Shown here: positions 1 to 9,118 of the stretch, in pieces
Layout: the number at the start of each line of letters is the position of its first letter
Numbering within the stretch: the first letter of the stretch is position 1
From: Candidatus Giovannonibacteria bacterium RIFCSPLOWO2_02_FULL_45_28
GTDB lineage: Bacteria; Patescibacteriota; Minisyncoccia; UBA11713; 2-01-FULL-45-33
Direction of reading: 5' to 3'
Assembly (NCBI GenBank): GCA_001780725.1
Contig: MFIM01000027.1
Location: 1 to 48,840 of the forward strand
DNA length: 48,840 bases
Notes under the pieces: generated by a model
The model's input: the letters and a program-made list of their open reading frames with translations, nothing else
What the model was told of the DNA's origin: nothing
The model's database searches: none
Program-made: the position numbers and the translations under genes

Positions 1-48
1 TGCTGGTAATATCCCCTTAATCCTACCAGCGACGGCGCCGCAGGGGTA

Positions 49-156
49 TTACCGATGTATCTCATCTTCTTCATGCACACCGTGGGATAGGAATGAAATA
101 ACAAAACAGATACAACATTTAATCCAAGGGGCTTTCGGCTGAACGCATTTCGGCAT
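49..156 (-). CDS. possible 35-aa Cys-rich microprotein (MPKCVQPKAPWIKCCICF...)
   Basis: Hand-translated, below the ORF-track cutoff. GGAGGT Shine-Dalgarno (168-163) just upstream; follows the 158..313 gene. Confidence 0.35.
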   Translation of the reverse strand: MPKCVQPKAPWIKCCICFVISFLSHGVHEEDEIHR

Positions 157-157
157 A

Positions 158-313
158 CTACACCTCCAAATAGAACCGTATCGGATAACCGACGACGGCC
201 AGCGCTACAACAAGCGCAATTACCAGCGCGAATCCCCAGAAAATAAGTTTGGGGCTTTTGGTTTCAAAAACTTTCTCGTTTTGCGCAATCAACCAAGCCA
301 ATTGCCTATCCAT
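158..313 (-). CDS. small single-TM membrane protein
   Basis: Start moved to MDRQ, which has GGAGGAGG upstream; hydrophobic stretch LIFWGFALVIALVVALAVVGY. Confidence 0.55.
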   Translation of the reverse strand: MDRQLAWLIAQNEKVFETKSPKLIFWGFALVIALVVALAVVGYPIRFYLEV

Positions 314-324
314 AAAACCTCCTC

Positions 325-373
325 CTTGCTTTCCTCTAAAAATCATGCTAGCATAACATTATGAATGGGTCAA
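325..373. promoter_or_regulatory. overlapping bidirectional sigma70-type promoter, copy 1
   Basis: + strand TTGCTT(326-331)-N17-TAGCAT(349-354) with TG extension; - strand TTGACC(373-368)-N17-TAGCAT(350-345); core ATGCTAGCAT is a palindrome. Confidence 0.6.
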
Positions 374-567
374 CGATACAAGAGAAAAGAATAGGCGATA
401 TAGCTCACAAGCAAGTAATGGCGGCATTGCGGGAAATTTTGAGCGATCCTGATCGCGGCCTTGAGTTGAGAGCTGGTTTTGTCAGTCGTGTTAAAAAATC
501 TATGCGCTCAAAAGAGGCTGGAAAAGTGAAGAATTTGGAAGAAGTTTTGGCAAATCGCGCTGCTTAA
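361..567 (+). CDS. putative antitoxin of the RelE/ParE pair
   Basis: 68 aa, directly upstream of a RelE-like toxin; DPDxGLELR...GKVKNLEEV resembles small type II antitoxins. Confidence 0.65.
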   Translation: MNGSTIQEKRIGDIAHKQVMAALREILSDPDRGLELRAGFVSRVKKSMRSKEAGKVKNLEEVLANRAA

Positions 568-569
568 CC

Positions 570-851
570 ATGGATCAGTGGAAATTTAATATTACGGAGG
601 ATGCGCAGCTGGATTTAGCTAAATTGGACATTCAAGTAAAAAATCGGGTTTTGGCAAAATTGGATTGGCTGGTGAATCATTTTGAAGATATTACTCCAAT
701 TCCTTTGGGAGAACCACTCAAGGGGTTTTTCAAATTGAGAGTGGGTGATTGGCGGATAGCATACGAAGTAGAGGATGCCAAGAAATCGGTGACTGTTCAC
801 GCAATTGACCGCCGCGACAAGGTTTATAAAAAATTACTTAGAAGAAAATAA
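570..851 (+). CDS. RelE/ParE family toxin
   Basis: 93 aa; A.LDLAKLD...LKGFFKLRVGDWRIAYEV...VHAIDRRDKVY is the RelE pattern. Confidence 0.9.
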   Translation: MDQWKFNITEDAQLDLAKLDIQVKNRVLAKLDWLVNHFEDITPIPLGEPLKGFFKLRVGDWRIAYEVEDAKKSVTVHAIDRRDKVYKKLLRRK

Positions 852-865
852 AAAAAAGAGTATTG

Positions 866-914
866 CTTGCTTTTCTCTAAAAATTATGCTAGCATTTAGT
901 TACGCAAAAGTCAA
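866..914. promoter_or_regulatory. bidirectional promoter, copy 2 (direct repeat of 325-354)
   Basis: 866-895 matches 325-354 at 28/30; - strand TTGACT(914-909)-N17-TAGCAT(891-886). Confidence 0.6.
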
Positions 915-937
915 ATCGGTGTTATAATTTTTTACAC

Positions 938-3613
938 ATGCCTCCTTACGGACAATTTACGATAAAAGCCCAGGAAGCGCTCAAAAAAGCGCATGAGCTG
1001 GCAATAGAGCGCGGCGGAAGCCAAATTGACGCCATGCATCTTTTGGCCGCCTTGGTGCTGCAGGAAGAAGGCCTTGTGCCATCGCTGTTGGATAAATTGG
1101 AAATAGACCAAAACAGTTTGATTGATTTGGTGCTGAACAATCTTGACTCCACGCTCCGCACCAACATTCTTTCTCCGTCGCACCAGATTTACCTGACACC
1201 GGAACTGGCTCGGGTTTTGGAGGAAGCCCACAAAGCCGCAGGATTTTTGAAAGACGAGTTTATTTCCACAGAACATTTATTTTTAGGCATTTTGGAGTCT
1301 CCTTCAAAAGCCCGCGAGATTCTTGCGCGATTTTCTCTAAATCGCGAAATTGTGCTGCGCGCTCTCGCCGACATTCGCGGATCGCAACGGGTAACCGATG
1401 TGGAACCGGAAAACAAATATCGCGCGCTTGAAAAATATTCCAGAAATTTAACGCGTTTAGCCCGCGAAGATAAATTGGATCCGGTAATCGGCAGGGACAA
1501 TGAAATTCGGCGGGTGATGCAGGTATTGTCGCGCCGCACCAAAAATAACCCGGTTCTCATGGGTGAAGCCGGAGTCGGCAAAACCGCTATTGTGGAGGGT
1601 TTGGCGGAGCGCATTGCGTCCGGAGATGTGCCGGAGACTTTAAAAGGCAAAGAGCTGATTTCTCTTGATTTGGGCGCGCTTGTTGCGGGCACCAAATACC
1701 GCGGCGAATTTGAGGAAAGATTGAAAGCTGTAATGAAAGAGCTGGAGCGCGCCGCCGGCAAGGTGCTTCTTTTTATTGACGAAGTGCATACGTTAGTCGG
1801 TGCCGGCGCTGCCGAGGGGGCGATAGACGCTTCCAATATGCTTAAGCCGGCGCTTGCTAGAGGCGAGCTTCACGCCATTGGCGCAACCACGATTAAAGAA
1901 TACCAAAAATATATTGAAAAAGACGCGGCGTTGGCACGGCGGTTTCAGCCTGTTTTTGTTGACGAACCCGCGCATGACGATGCCGTTGCTATTTTACGGG
2001 GCATTAAAAATAAGTATGAGCTCCACCACGGCATCAGGATTGCCGATTCTGCAATAACCGCGGCAGTAAACCTTTCGGCTCGTTACATTACCGACCGCTT
2101 TTTGCCGGACAAGGCTGTTGATCTGATTGACGAAGCTGCCTCTTCTTTGAGGTTGCAGATGGAAAGCCAGCCGGATGAATTGGAACACACCAGGCGCGAA
2201 GTCATGAAACTGGAAGTTGAAAAGGAGGCGCTAAAAAAGGAGGACAATCCGGAAGCAAAGCAAAAAACGCGCCGGCTTCAAAAACAAATTGAAGAGTTGA
2301 AAGAAGAAACCTCCGGTTTGGAAATGCGCTGGAAGCACGAAAAAGAAACAATTGACGCCATCCGGCAATTAAAGAAAGATCTGGACGCACTGCGGCAGGA
2401 ATCGGATGCGGCGGAGCGGAGAGGGGATTTGGCCAAAGTTGCTGAAATACGCTACGGCCGGATTCCCGAATCGGAACGGAGGCTTTTTGTGGAGGAGAGT
2501 AAGCTCCGGAAACTGCAATCATCCAGAAGAATACTGCGGGAAGAAATAACCGAAGAAGATATTGCCGACATAGTTTCCCGCTGGACGGGCATACCGGTGA
2601 AAAAAATGCTTGAGTCGGACGCTAAAAAACTTTTGAGAATGGGGGATGCGCTCAAAAAGCGTGTTGTTGGGCAGGAGGAAGCCATAGAAAAGGTGTCCCA
2701 AGCCATCCGCAGGTCGCGCGCGGGAATTGCCGACGAGAAACGTCCGATCGGCTCATTTATATTTTTGGGGCCTACCGGAGTCGGTAAAACCGAGCTTGCT
2801 TTGGCTTTGGCTGAATTTTTATTCAACGACGAAAAAGCGCTGGTGCGGGTGGATATGTCTGAGTATATGGAGCGGCATGCGGTTTCTAAATTTATCGGTT
2901 CGCCGCCCGGCTACGTTGGTTATGAAGAGGGGGGAAATCTTACGGAGACCATACGCCACAGGCCGTACGCGGTGCTCCTTTTTGACGAAATTGAAAAAGC
3001 GCACCCGGAAGTTTTCAACATTATGCTTCAGATTCTTGATAACGGAGTGCTAACCGATGCCAAGGGAAGGCATGCGAATTTCAAAAATACTGTGATTATT
3101 ATGACGTCAAACATAGGCGGAGAATTTATCCGCGAGATTGAAAGCTTGGGATTTGTCGGTGCGCAAGATGACCGCGTGAAAAAAGAAGAAGAACTCAAAT
3201 TAAAAATTCAGCGCGCGCTTGAACACAATTTCAGGCCGGAGTTTTTGAACCGTTTGGACGAGATACTTATTTTTAATTCGCTTGACGCGGCGGCTCTAAA
3301 GCAGATCGCCAAAATTCAACTCTTGCGCCTTACCGAAAGGATTGGGGCGCGCGGGATTACTGTTTCGGTAAGCAAAGCGGCGGAAGATGCGCTGGCTAAA
3401 GAAGGATATGACCCGAACTATGGCGCGCGGCCATTGAGACGTCTTATTCAAAGCAAGATTTTAAACCCGCTTGCGGAAAAAATTATTTCAAAACAAATTA
3501 AAGAAGGGGACACGGCGCATGTTGATTATAAAACCGGCGTGTTTGTGATTGAGGGTAGGAAAAATCAGCAGCCTTTGCCAAAAAGCCCAAAAAGGGTTAA
3601 AATTACTGTGTAG
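938..3613 (+). CDS. clpB: ATP-dependent chaperone ClpB (Hsp100)
   Basis: Clp N-domain, [26 protein letters not shown], long coiled-coil middle domain, [33 protein letters not shown]. Confidence 0.93.
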   Translation: MPPYGQFTIKAQEALKKAHELAIERGGSQIDAMHLLAALVLQEEGLVPSLLDKLEIDQNSLIDLVLNNLDSTLRTNILSPSHQIYLTPELARVLEEAHKAAGFLKDEFISTEHLFLGILESPSKAREILARFSLNREIVLRALADIRGSQRVTDVEPENKYRALEKYSRNLTRLAREDKLDPVIGRDNEIRRVMQVLSRRTKNNPVLMGEAGVGKTAIVEGLAERIASGDVPETLKGKELISLDLGALVAGTKYRGEFEERLKAVMKELERAAGKVLLFIDEVHTLVGAGAAEGAIDASNMLKPALARGELHAIGATTIKEYQKYIEKDAALARRFQPVFVDEPAHDDAVAILRGIKNKYELHHGIRIADSAITAAVNLSARYITDRFLPDKAVDLIDEAASSLRLQMESQPDELEHTRREVMKLEVEKEALKKEDNPEAKQKTRRLQKQIEELKEETSGLEMRWKHEKETIDAIRQLKKDLDALRQESDAAERRGDLAKVAEIRYGRIPESERRLFVEESKLRKLQSSRRILREEITEEDIADIVSRWTGIPVKKMLESDAKKLLRMGDALKKRVVGQEEAIEKVSQAIRRSRAGIADEKRPIGSFIFLGPTGVGKTELALALAEFLFNDEKALVRVDMSEYMERHAVSKFIGSPPGYVGYEEGGNLTETIRHRPYAVLLFDEIEKAHPEVFNIMLQILDNGVLTDAKGRHANFKNTVIIMTSNIGGEFIREIESLGFVGAQDDRVKKEEELKLKIQRALEHNFRPEFLNRLDEILIFNSLDAAALKQIAKIQLLRLTERIGARGITVSVSKAAEDALAKEGYDPNYGARPLRRLIQSKILNPLAEKIISKQIKEGDTAHVDYKTGVFVIEGRKNQQPLPKSPKRVKITV

Positions 3614-3634
3614 TCCGCCGGTAGGCGGATAAAC

Positions 3635-3719
3635 GCGCAGGTGGCGGAGTGGTCAATCGCACGCGGCTGTAAACCGCGCGCCCGGAAGGGCTACGAAGGT
3701 TCGAATCCTTCCCTGCGCA
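3635..3719 (+). tRNA. tRNA-Tyr(GTA)
   Basis: GCGCAGG/CCTGCGC acceptor, loop CTGTAAA, long variable arm, GGTTCGAATCC; no encoded CCA. Confidence 0.95.
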
Positions 3720-3826
3720 AAAAATTGTTTTTGTGATAAAAAAGATAAAAAATAAATATGTTGTGCTATCGGAAACGACCGGCAGGAAATTCGGGACACA
3801 CCGAACAAAAATCGCAATAATATATT

Positions 3827-3899
3827 AGCCGATGGCCGGATTTGAACCGGCGACCTACTCCTTACCATGGAGTTGCTCTACCAACTGAGCTACATCGGC
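3827..3899 (-). tRNA. tRNA-Thr(GGT)
   Basis: GCCGATGTAGCTCAGTTGGTAGAGC...ACTCC-ATGGTAA-GGAGT...GGTTCAAATCC. Confidence 0.95.
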
Positions 3900-3910
3900 A
3901 TGCTGAATTG

Positions 3911-3981
3911 CGGGTCCACTAGGATTCGAACCTAGATCAGCGGTTTTGGAGACCGCAATTCTGCCATTGAACTATGGACCC
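3911..3981 (-). tRNA. tRNA-Trp(CCA)
   Basis: GGGTCCA/TGGACCC acceptor, GCGGT-CTCCAAA-ACCGC anticodon arm, GGTTCGAATCC. Confidence 0.95.
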
Positions 3982-3988
3982 ATTCTAT

Positions 3989-4147
3989 CTATTTCTTTGC
4001 CTCCTTGTGCGCGGTGTGTTTTCGGCACCAGCGGCAAAACTTGGAAAGCTCTATTTTGCGTTCCACCTTTTTCTTGTTTTTGCGGCTCCAATAGCCCACT
4101 CTTTTACAGCTTTGACACTGGAGCTTTATAAGATTATCTTGGGACAT
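3989..4147 (-). CDS. rpmG: 50S ribosomal protein L33 (Zn-binding form)
   Basis: Absent from the ORF track. MSQDNLIKLQCQSCKRVGYWSRKNKKKVERKIELSKFCRWCRKHTAHKEAKK; next to tRNA-Trp. Confidence 0.95.
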   Translation of the reverse strand: MSQDNLIKLQCQSCKRVGYWSRKNKKKVERKIELSKFCRWCRKHTAHKEAKK

Positions 4148-4175
4148 AGAAGCATTGTAACAGAAGGAGGCGGTT

Positions 4176-4688
4176 TTGCAAGTTGAATATTTGCAAGCGG
4201 TTGTATTATTTTTGTTGGCTTGTTGGATATTGGCAGCCGCATTTCACTCTTATTTTATACCGGCACTGGACACGAGTTCCCGCGACCATATACTTGATTT
4301 CATAATTTCAAAAAAGGGTTTAAAAATAAAACCCGAACTGGCTTTGCCTGATATTTATATTTTATCAATTCAAGATGTCGCTGGTGCAAACTTGATAACC
4401 ATGCCGATTCTGGAAGCATCCGGCATGCCCGATTTTTATGTGGAGCGCTATCACAAGACATGGAACAGGATTTTAATCGCCGAAGGATGCCGTCAGAATA
4501 TTTTAGTGCATTCACTTGTGCACTATGTGCAATTTGAATATGAGCCGGCGCTGATGTCTTTGAAAGAAAAAGAAAAGGAAGCGTGGGATATCACAAAGCA
4601 GTATTTAAAGCATTATTATCCGTGGCGCTATTGGGCGCTTACGATTCCTTACGGGTTTTATAATTGGTGGACCTCGGCGCCGTATTAA
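4176..4688 (+). CDS. membrane-anchored hypothetical protein with degenerate zincin-like motif
   Basis: TTG start with AGGAGG; N-terminal TM; ILVHSLVHYVQ. Confidence 0.65.
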   Translation: MQVEYLQAVVLFLLACWILAAAFHSYFIPALDTSSRDHILDFIISKKGLKIKPELALPDIYILSIQDVAGANLITMPILEASGMPDFYVERYHKTWNRILIAEGCRQNILVHSLVHYVQFEYEPALMSLKEKEKEAWDITKQYLKHYYPWRYWALTIPYGFYNWWTSAPY

Positions 4689-4700
4689 TTACGGCTTTTT
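4679..4700 (+). terminator. weak intrinsic terminator
   Basis: GCCGTA-ttaat-TACGGC followed by TTTTT. Confidence 0.45.
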
Positions 4701-4729
4701 ATTTTTGGTTGGCTATTTCCGCGCCGTGC

Positions 4730-5872
4730 TCATTTGCGCTTATTTACGATGTCGCACTGCTCGGGTATTAATTCAGACATCCCACCTTTTTCGGACAATA
4801 AATTAAATTCGCTGAATTTACTTCGGGGGATGGTTGTTTCTTCATCGGGATGACCAAGCCCCAAGGCGTGCCCTAATTCATGAGCAAAAGTCGACAACAT
4901 CCTTTTGGGGAGAATTATTTCTCCGGCGTCTTTATTTAAAAAATGAATGTACGGCCAGCTGATGAGTATTGCGTTGGCATTGATACTTGTTACGCCGGCT
5001 GGGCTGACGTTCGTCTCAAGATTCCAAAGCTGATTCCCAAAAAGAAAAATTCCAAAGTCTCCTTTCGGCACTTCAAGCGCTCGCATAGCTTCAACAACCA
5101 ACTCTTCTAATCTTTCCGTGGATACCACTATCGACGGCACGCCACCGTGTTCTTCGTAGAGACTCGACAAGAAACGGCCGTTTTTCAATTTCACTTTCTC
5201 GGCCCGCACGATTTTTACCGTTCCCAAGTCAAACGCTATGCCGCATTGGTCCCAAAGCCCGTTTATGTGCGGTATTACCGTTTTTTCAAATACTTTCGCA
5301 ACCGACGGCGATACACTCCCAGTAGTATCGCTGTCGGAAGCAAAGCTGGAATCGGTTTCTAATTCTGTTCTGGTTCCGCTTAAGATAAAGAAGTGAATTT
5401 TTTTGCGGCGCGAAATTGATCGTTGGGCAGTTTGTTCTTTATCATAATAATCATATAAAGCGACTGGCTCACCGGCTTGGTATTTAAGAATATATGGTTC
5501 GCTCATATGGCCGGCGCTGTCAACCAAAATAAATCGCTGTAATGAAAAATGCGGCTCGGGCACCAGTTGGGAAAAAGAAACTGTCCCGTTATAGATACCC
5601 GAGGCGGAGGATTTCAAATCAGAAACCGAATCAACCATCGAGCTGCCCGGCGAATCAAGCTCCTCAAATCTCGATTCGGCAAGGTCGCCGTCGCCATCTT
5701 GAAATTCTAGCATACCATCAATTGATTGGTTTAGTGGAATTTTTTCCGGAAAATCAACTTTTACTATTTTCGGCGTGGGCGGCAGCGTCTGAAAATAAAA
5801 ATATGCGAATAAACCAAGGAGGCCGATTGCCGCCACCGCTACAATTATGCCAATGATTTTTAAAACCTTCAT
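4730..5872 (-). CDS. membrane-anchored metzincin-type zinc metalloprotease
   Basis: N-terminal TM, beta-rich linker, HELGHALGLGH (HExxHxxGxxH). Confidence 0.8.
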   Translation of the reverse strand: MKVLKIIGIIVAVAAIGLLGLFAYFYFQTLPPTPKIVKVDFPEKIPLNQSIDGMLEFQDGDGDLAESRFEELDSPGSSMVDSVSDLKSSASGIYNGTVSFSQLVPEPHFSLQRFILVDSAGHMSEPYILKYQAGEPVALYDYYDKEQTAQRSISRRKKIHFFILSGTRTELETDSSFASDSDTTGSVSPSVAKVFEKTVIPHINGLWDQCGIAFDLGTVKIVRAEKVKLKNGRFLSSLYEEHGGVPSIVVSTERLEELVVEAMRALEVPKGDFGIFLFGNQLWNLETNVSPAGVTSINANAILISWPYIHFLNKDAGEIILPKRMLSTFAHELGHALGLGHPDEETTIPRSKFSEFNLLSEKGGMSELIPEQCDIVNKRK

Positions 5873-5876
5873 CTTT

Positions 5877-8789
5877 TTACTTCAAAAGCTCAAGAATCGG
5901 CCAGAGAAGCAACGCGAATGGGCTTTTGTTTTGCAGAAATGAGCTCGGCATAAATTGTTTGCATGCCGGATCTTGATAATTTTTAGTGCAATAGGTCTTG
6001 CATTCTTCTGGAGTTGTGCAACCGCCCGGCCCGCTAAAATTCGTCGCTGGCGGTGGAGTCGGTGTTGATCCGTCTCCAACATATGGTTCCGGGACGGCGT
6101 AGGCGGCGCAGGCCGGATCAGTGTAATGGGTGGTACAATAAGTCGTGCATTCTGCCGTGCTTTGGCAACCTCCGGGACCGCCGCCAGAACCTCCGCCTCC
6201 GCCGGAAGAAGCGCTACATTTTCCATTACTGCCTGCATTAAAGATTGCTTGGACTTCAGGCGCGCTTAGTGCTCTATTGTATACGGAGACCTCGTCGATG
6301 AGACCGGAGAAAAGCTCTGTAATTCCAAACCGGTCATCCCACGCGCCAAGCGTAAAGGGAGCCGGGCTTGTTGTGTTAGCATTTGCGGCTTCGGCGGTGC
6401 CATTCAATTGGCCATCTATATACAAACTCATTGTTCCGGAACCGATTCTTGTCGCAGCAACATGATGCCAGGCCCCTGAACTTATTGGCGCGGAAACACT
6501 GCCTCTGGGCTTGTCGGCGTTGCCGACAGTTTCGCCAGCAAAAAATTCTATTATGCTTTTATCTTTGCCGATAACCAGCCAATAACCGGCCCCGTCGCCG
6601 CTCATCGGATAGTTTGATTTTCTGATGATATTGCCCTTGGATGAGCCGCCGCCGTCCCAATTAATCCAAGCTTCCAATGAGAATGGGCCTGTTCCAAAGT
6701 TTAACTTTTCCGAATTTTCATCTTTAACGTATTCGCCGGATGCGTCAAATTTAAACGCATTCCCAACTTTTCCAGGAGCGAGGGTCACGCCGCTAACCGC
6801 ATTTGACAATACATCATCATCCACCCAACTCACTAAACCTGATGGGGGTGGAACACAGCTTTGGGTTGGAGGTGGTGGTTGCGGGAACGGCGGCACAACA
6901 GGATTTCCGCCTCCGCCACCTCCTCCGGGACCTTTACAGACGCCTTCATATTGCACCCCTCCGCCCTGGTCTTCGGCATGACATGCACTTACCCAGGTAT
7001 TATTGTCATTTCCGCAAACCGGGTCGGCAATATCCGAGCACGGCTTATCTGGCTGGCCATTTCTTATACAAACACCCTCATGAAGAATTTCTGTGCCTTG
7101 TTGCTTTGCGTGGCATTCATTAAAATATGTTGTTTCAACGCCCGATGGCGCTCCTTTTCCATTTATTCCGCAGACATAAGAGGCGCTCATACCTTTACTT
7201 ACGCACTCCAAAAAACTCGTACCGGGGTCGGTGGGAAAATCGCCTCCGCCAAAACCGCAAGCCTCCGGATTAGATGTGCAATAAGCCTCGCATTCTTCGC
7301 GGGATTTGCATCCTCCGGGGCCTTCAAAGCCGCTGCCTTCAAATTTAAATTGTCCGCGCATTTCCTCCGGCAGCATTGATTCAATGCATTCGCGCATTTT
7401 TTCACCGATTTCCGGACCCCCGAAAGATAAGTTTTTACCGGGTTCCTGCCCAGAAATACCGGGCGCTCCTATAATTTTCTCAACGCATTCTTTCACTCCG
7501 GGATCGGCGTTTTCCAGTGATTCTCTCATAAACTTCATTCCTTCCTCCGCGCGTTTTAAGTCTTCTTCGCTAATCAGTCCATTGTCTTTGGCGAAAGCAA
7601 GGCAAACTTCTTGGTTCGCTGGATTTTGGCAGAATGTCTGGCAAGCTCTTCCGCGGCAGCCTCCGGGACCCTTGCCACCTGTTTTTTTAATTATTTCTTT
7701 TTCTTGATCTGAAAGCAGGCCCGCTTCTTCGGCGAAAGCCACGCATGTATCAAAATTATTTTCATCCTCGCAAAACGCCTCGCAGGCCTCTTTGGTTTTA
7801 CATCCTCCCGGCGTTTTGCCTTGCTTCATCAACGGTATAAATTTTTCCGCTTCCTGCAGTTCTTGCTCGCTCATAAAGCCCGATTCTTTTGCAAAAGCAA
7901 AACATTCGTCAATATGCTCCGGACTTTGGCAATAAGCCTCGCAGGCCTTTTTGTTGCGGCAATCTCCCGGAAATTTTTTACCTGCGTCTAATGCGGCTTT
8001 GACTTTTTTGGCTTCAGAAAGTTCGCGCTCGCTCAAAAAACCATGATCTTCTGCGAATTTAACGCATTCGTCAATTTTCCCGATATCATTGCAGTAGCTT
8101 TCGCAGGTGGCTTCGGTTTTGCACCCTCCCGGTCCGCCGCCGCTCTTAACAACTTCTATAAATTTTTTACCACGCTCAATTTCTTCCCGCGGTATCAAAT
8201 TGTGTTCTTCAGCAAACGCAACGCAGCGCTCCATATTCGCCGGACCGTCGCAATATTTTTTGCACGATTCTTCGCTTGAGCAATTGCCTAATTCGGCGAT
8301 GGGATATTTGAGTTCCTTTTTAGGTTCCACAGAAGTCGGCGCTGGAGTTGGAGCCACGACGCTAGGGGTCGGAGCCGTAGCGGGCGGCGGAGGCTCCTTG
8401 CTCAATTTTTTCACTTGAGCTCGGCCGCTCGCATCCGTAGAGGAAATTTCAAACTCTGTTTCTCCGCCACGGCAGTCAACAATCCTGCCCTTAACTGTTT
8501 TGGCCAAATCCGAATCGTTGACCGCGCCGATATTATCAATTTTCCTGCTTTTGGGACAACCCCCGAGGTCGCCACTGTAAGGCGGCTTATCGGTTGAAAA
8601 CTCTAAAGCGAAAGACTGAATGCCTTCAGGGTCGCCAAATGTTAACACAAAAAGATCGCTGCTTTTATCTTTTACCAGAGATAAAGTGGCGTTCCCCGTG
8701 GTCTGGGCTTGGGCGATAAAAAAAACAAACACAAGCAAGCCGATTAGGCTTAATTTACTTAACTTGCTTAATTTGCTTGATTCGCTCAT
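5877..8789 (-). CDS. secreted Cys-rich GPGGC-repeat protein with Kazal-like and LamG-like domains
   Basis: Signal peptide; many (G)PGGC-x5-C-x3-C repeats; VCG..TYFNEC and PVCGNDNNTWVSAC Kazal-like units; WHHVAAT...LYIDG...GLIDEVSVYNRALS LamG. Confidence 0.85.
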   Translation of the reverse strand: MSESSKLSKLSKLSLIGLLVFVFFIAQAQTTGNATLSLVKDKSSDLFVLTFGDPEGIQSFALEFSTDKPPYSGDLGGCPKSRKIDNIGAVNDSDLAKTVKGRIVDCRGGETEFEISSTDASGRAQVKKLSKEPPPPATAPTPSVVAPTPAPTSVEPKKELKYPIAELGNCSSEESCKKYCDGPANMERCVAFAEEHNLIPREEIERGKKFIEVVKSGGGPGGCKTEATCESYCNDIGKIDECVKFAEDHGFLSERELSEAKKVKAALDAGKKFPGDCRNKKACEAYCQSPEHIDECFAFAKESGFMSEQELQEAEKFIPLMKQGKTPGGCKTKEACEAFCEDENNFDTCVAFAEEAGLLSDQEKEIIKKTGGKGPGGCRGRACQTFCQNPANQEVCLAFAKDNGLISEEDLKRAEEGMKFMRESLENADPGVKECVEKIIGAPGISGQEPGKNLSFGGPEIGEKMRECIESMLPEEMRGQFKFEGSGFEGPGGCKSREECEAYCTSNPEACGFGGGDFPTDPGTSFLECVSKGMSASYVCGINGKGAPSGVETTYFNECHAKQQGTEILHEGVCIRNGQPDKPCSDIADPVCGNDNNTWVSACHAEDQGGGVQYEGVCKGPGGGGGGGNPVVPPFPQPPPPTQSCVPPPSGLVSWVDDDVLSNAVSGVTLAPGKVGNAFKFDASGEYVKDENSEKLNFGTGPFSLEAWINWDGGGSSKGNIIRKSNYPMSGDGAGYWLVIGKDKSIIEFFAGETVGNADKPRGSVSAPISSGAWHHVAATRIGSGTMSLYIDGQLNGTAEAANANTTSPAPFTLGAWDDRFGITELFSGLIDEVSVYNRALSAPEVQAIFNAGSNGKCSASSGGGGGSGGGPGGCQSTAECTTYCTTHYTDPACAAYAVPEPYVGDGSTPTPPPATNFSGPGGCTTPEECKTYCTKNYQDPACKQFMPSSFLQNKSPFALLLWPILELLK

Positions 8790-9043
8790 TCAAATGGATT
8801 CTTGTAAGTGTCTTTAAACGGATTGGCGCGGTCTATAGGATTTAACTCCGGCACCTTGCCTTTAATGGGGTTGGACTTTACGTCTATTGCGGGCGCGCTT
8901 ATAGCCTTAATGGCGTCTTCGGCGGTTTTGACAGGTTCCGGCGCTTTTTTTCTTGCGGAATAATACCAAAAAACAAGGCCTAAAACGGCTAAAGCCATCA
9001 AAATTGCTCCAAATTTAATAAGATTCGTTTTCTGACTTTCCAC
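8786..9043 (-). CDS. small single-TM hypothetical protein (ends YKNPFE)
   Basis: ORF-track start 9079; GTG at 9043 preferred because TATAAT (9055-9050) lies 7 nt upstream; stop overlaps the next start. Confidence 0.7.
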   Translation of the reverse strand: MESQKTNLIKFGAILMALAVLGLVFWYYSARKKAPEPVKTAEDAIKAISAPAIDVKSNPIKGKVPELNPIDRANPFKDTYKNPFE

Positions 9044-9118
9044 AAGTTTATTATACACATCTTGCATTATTTTTTCCACACGCTAGTATGTGGATAGATT
9101 TGAAAATGGGGGAAGAAA

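Noticed and set aside
851-937. CIRCE or CtsR operator upstream of clpB
   Set aside because: No TTAGCACTC-N9-GAGTGCTAA and only one GTCAA, which is explained as a reverse -35.
3720-3826. ncRNA or 20-aa ORF between the convergent tRNAs
   Set aside because: No SD, convincing structure or recognisable motif.
9036-9097. DnaA-box-like inverted pair (TTTTCCACA / TGTGGATAG) upstream of the 873-aa gene
   Set aside because: All copies are mismatched and overlap divergent promoters; could be an operator but too weak to call.
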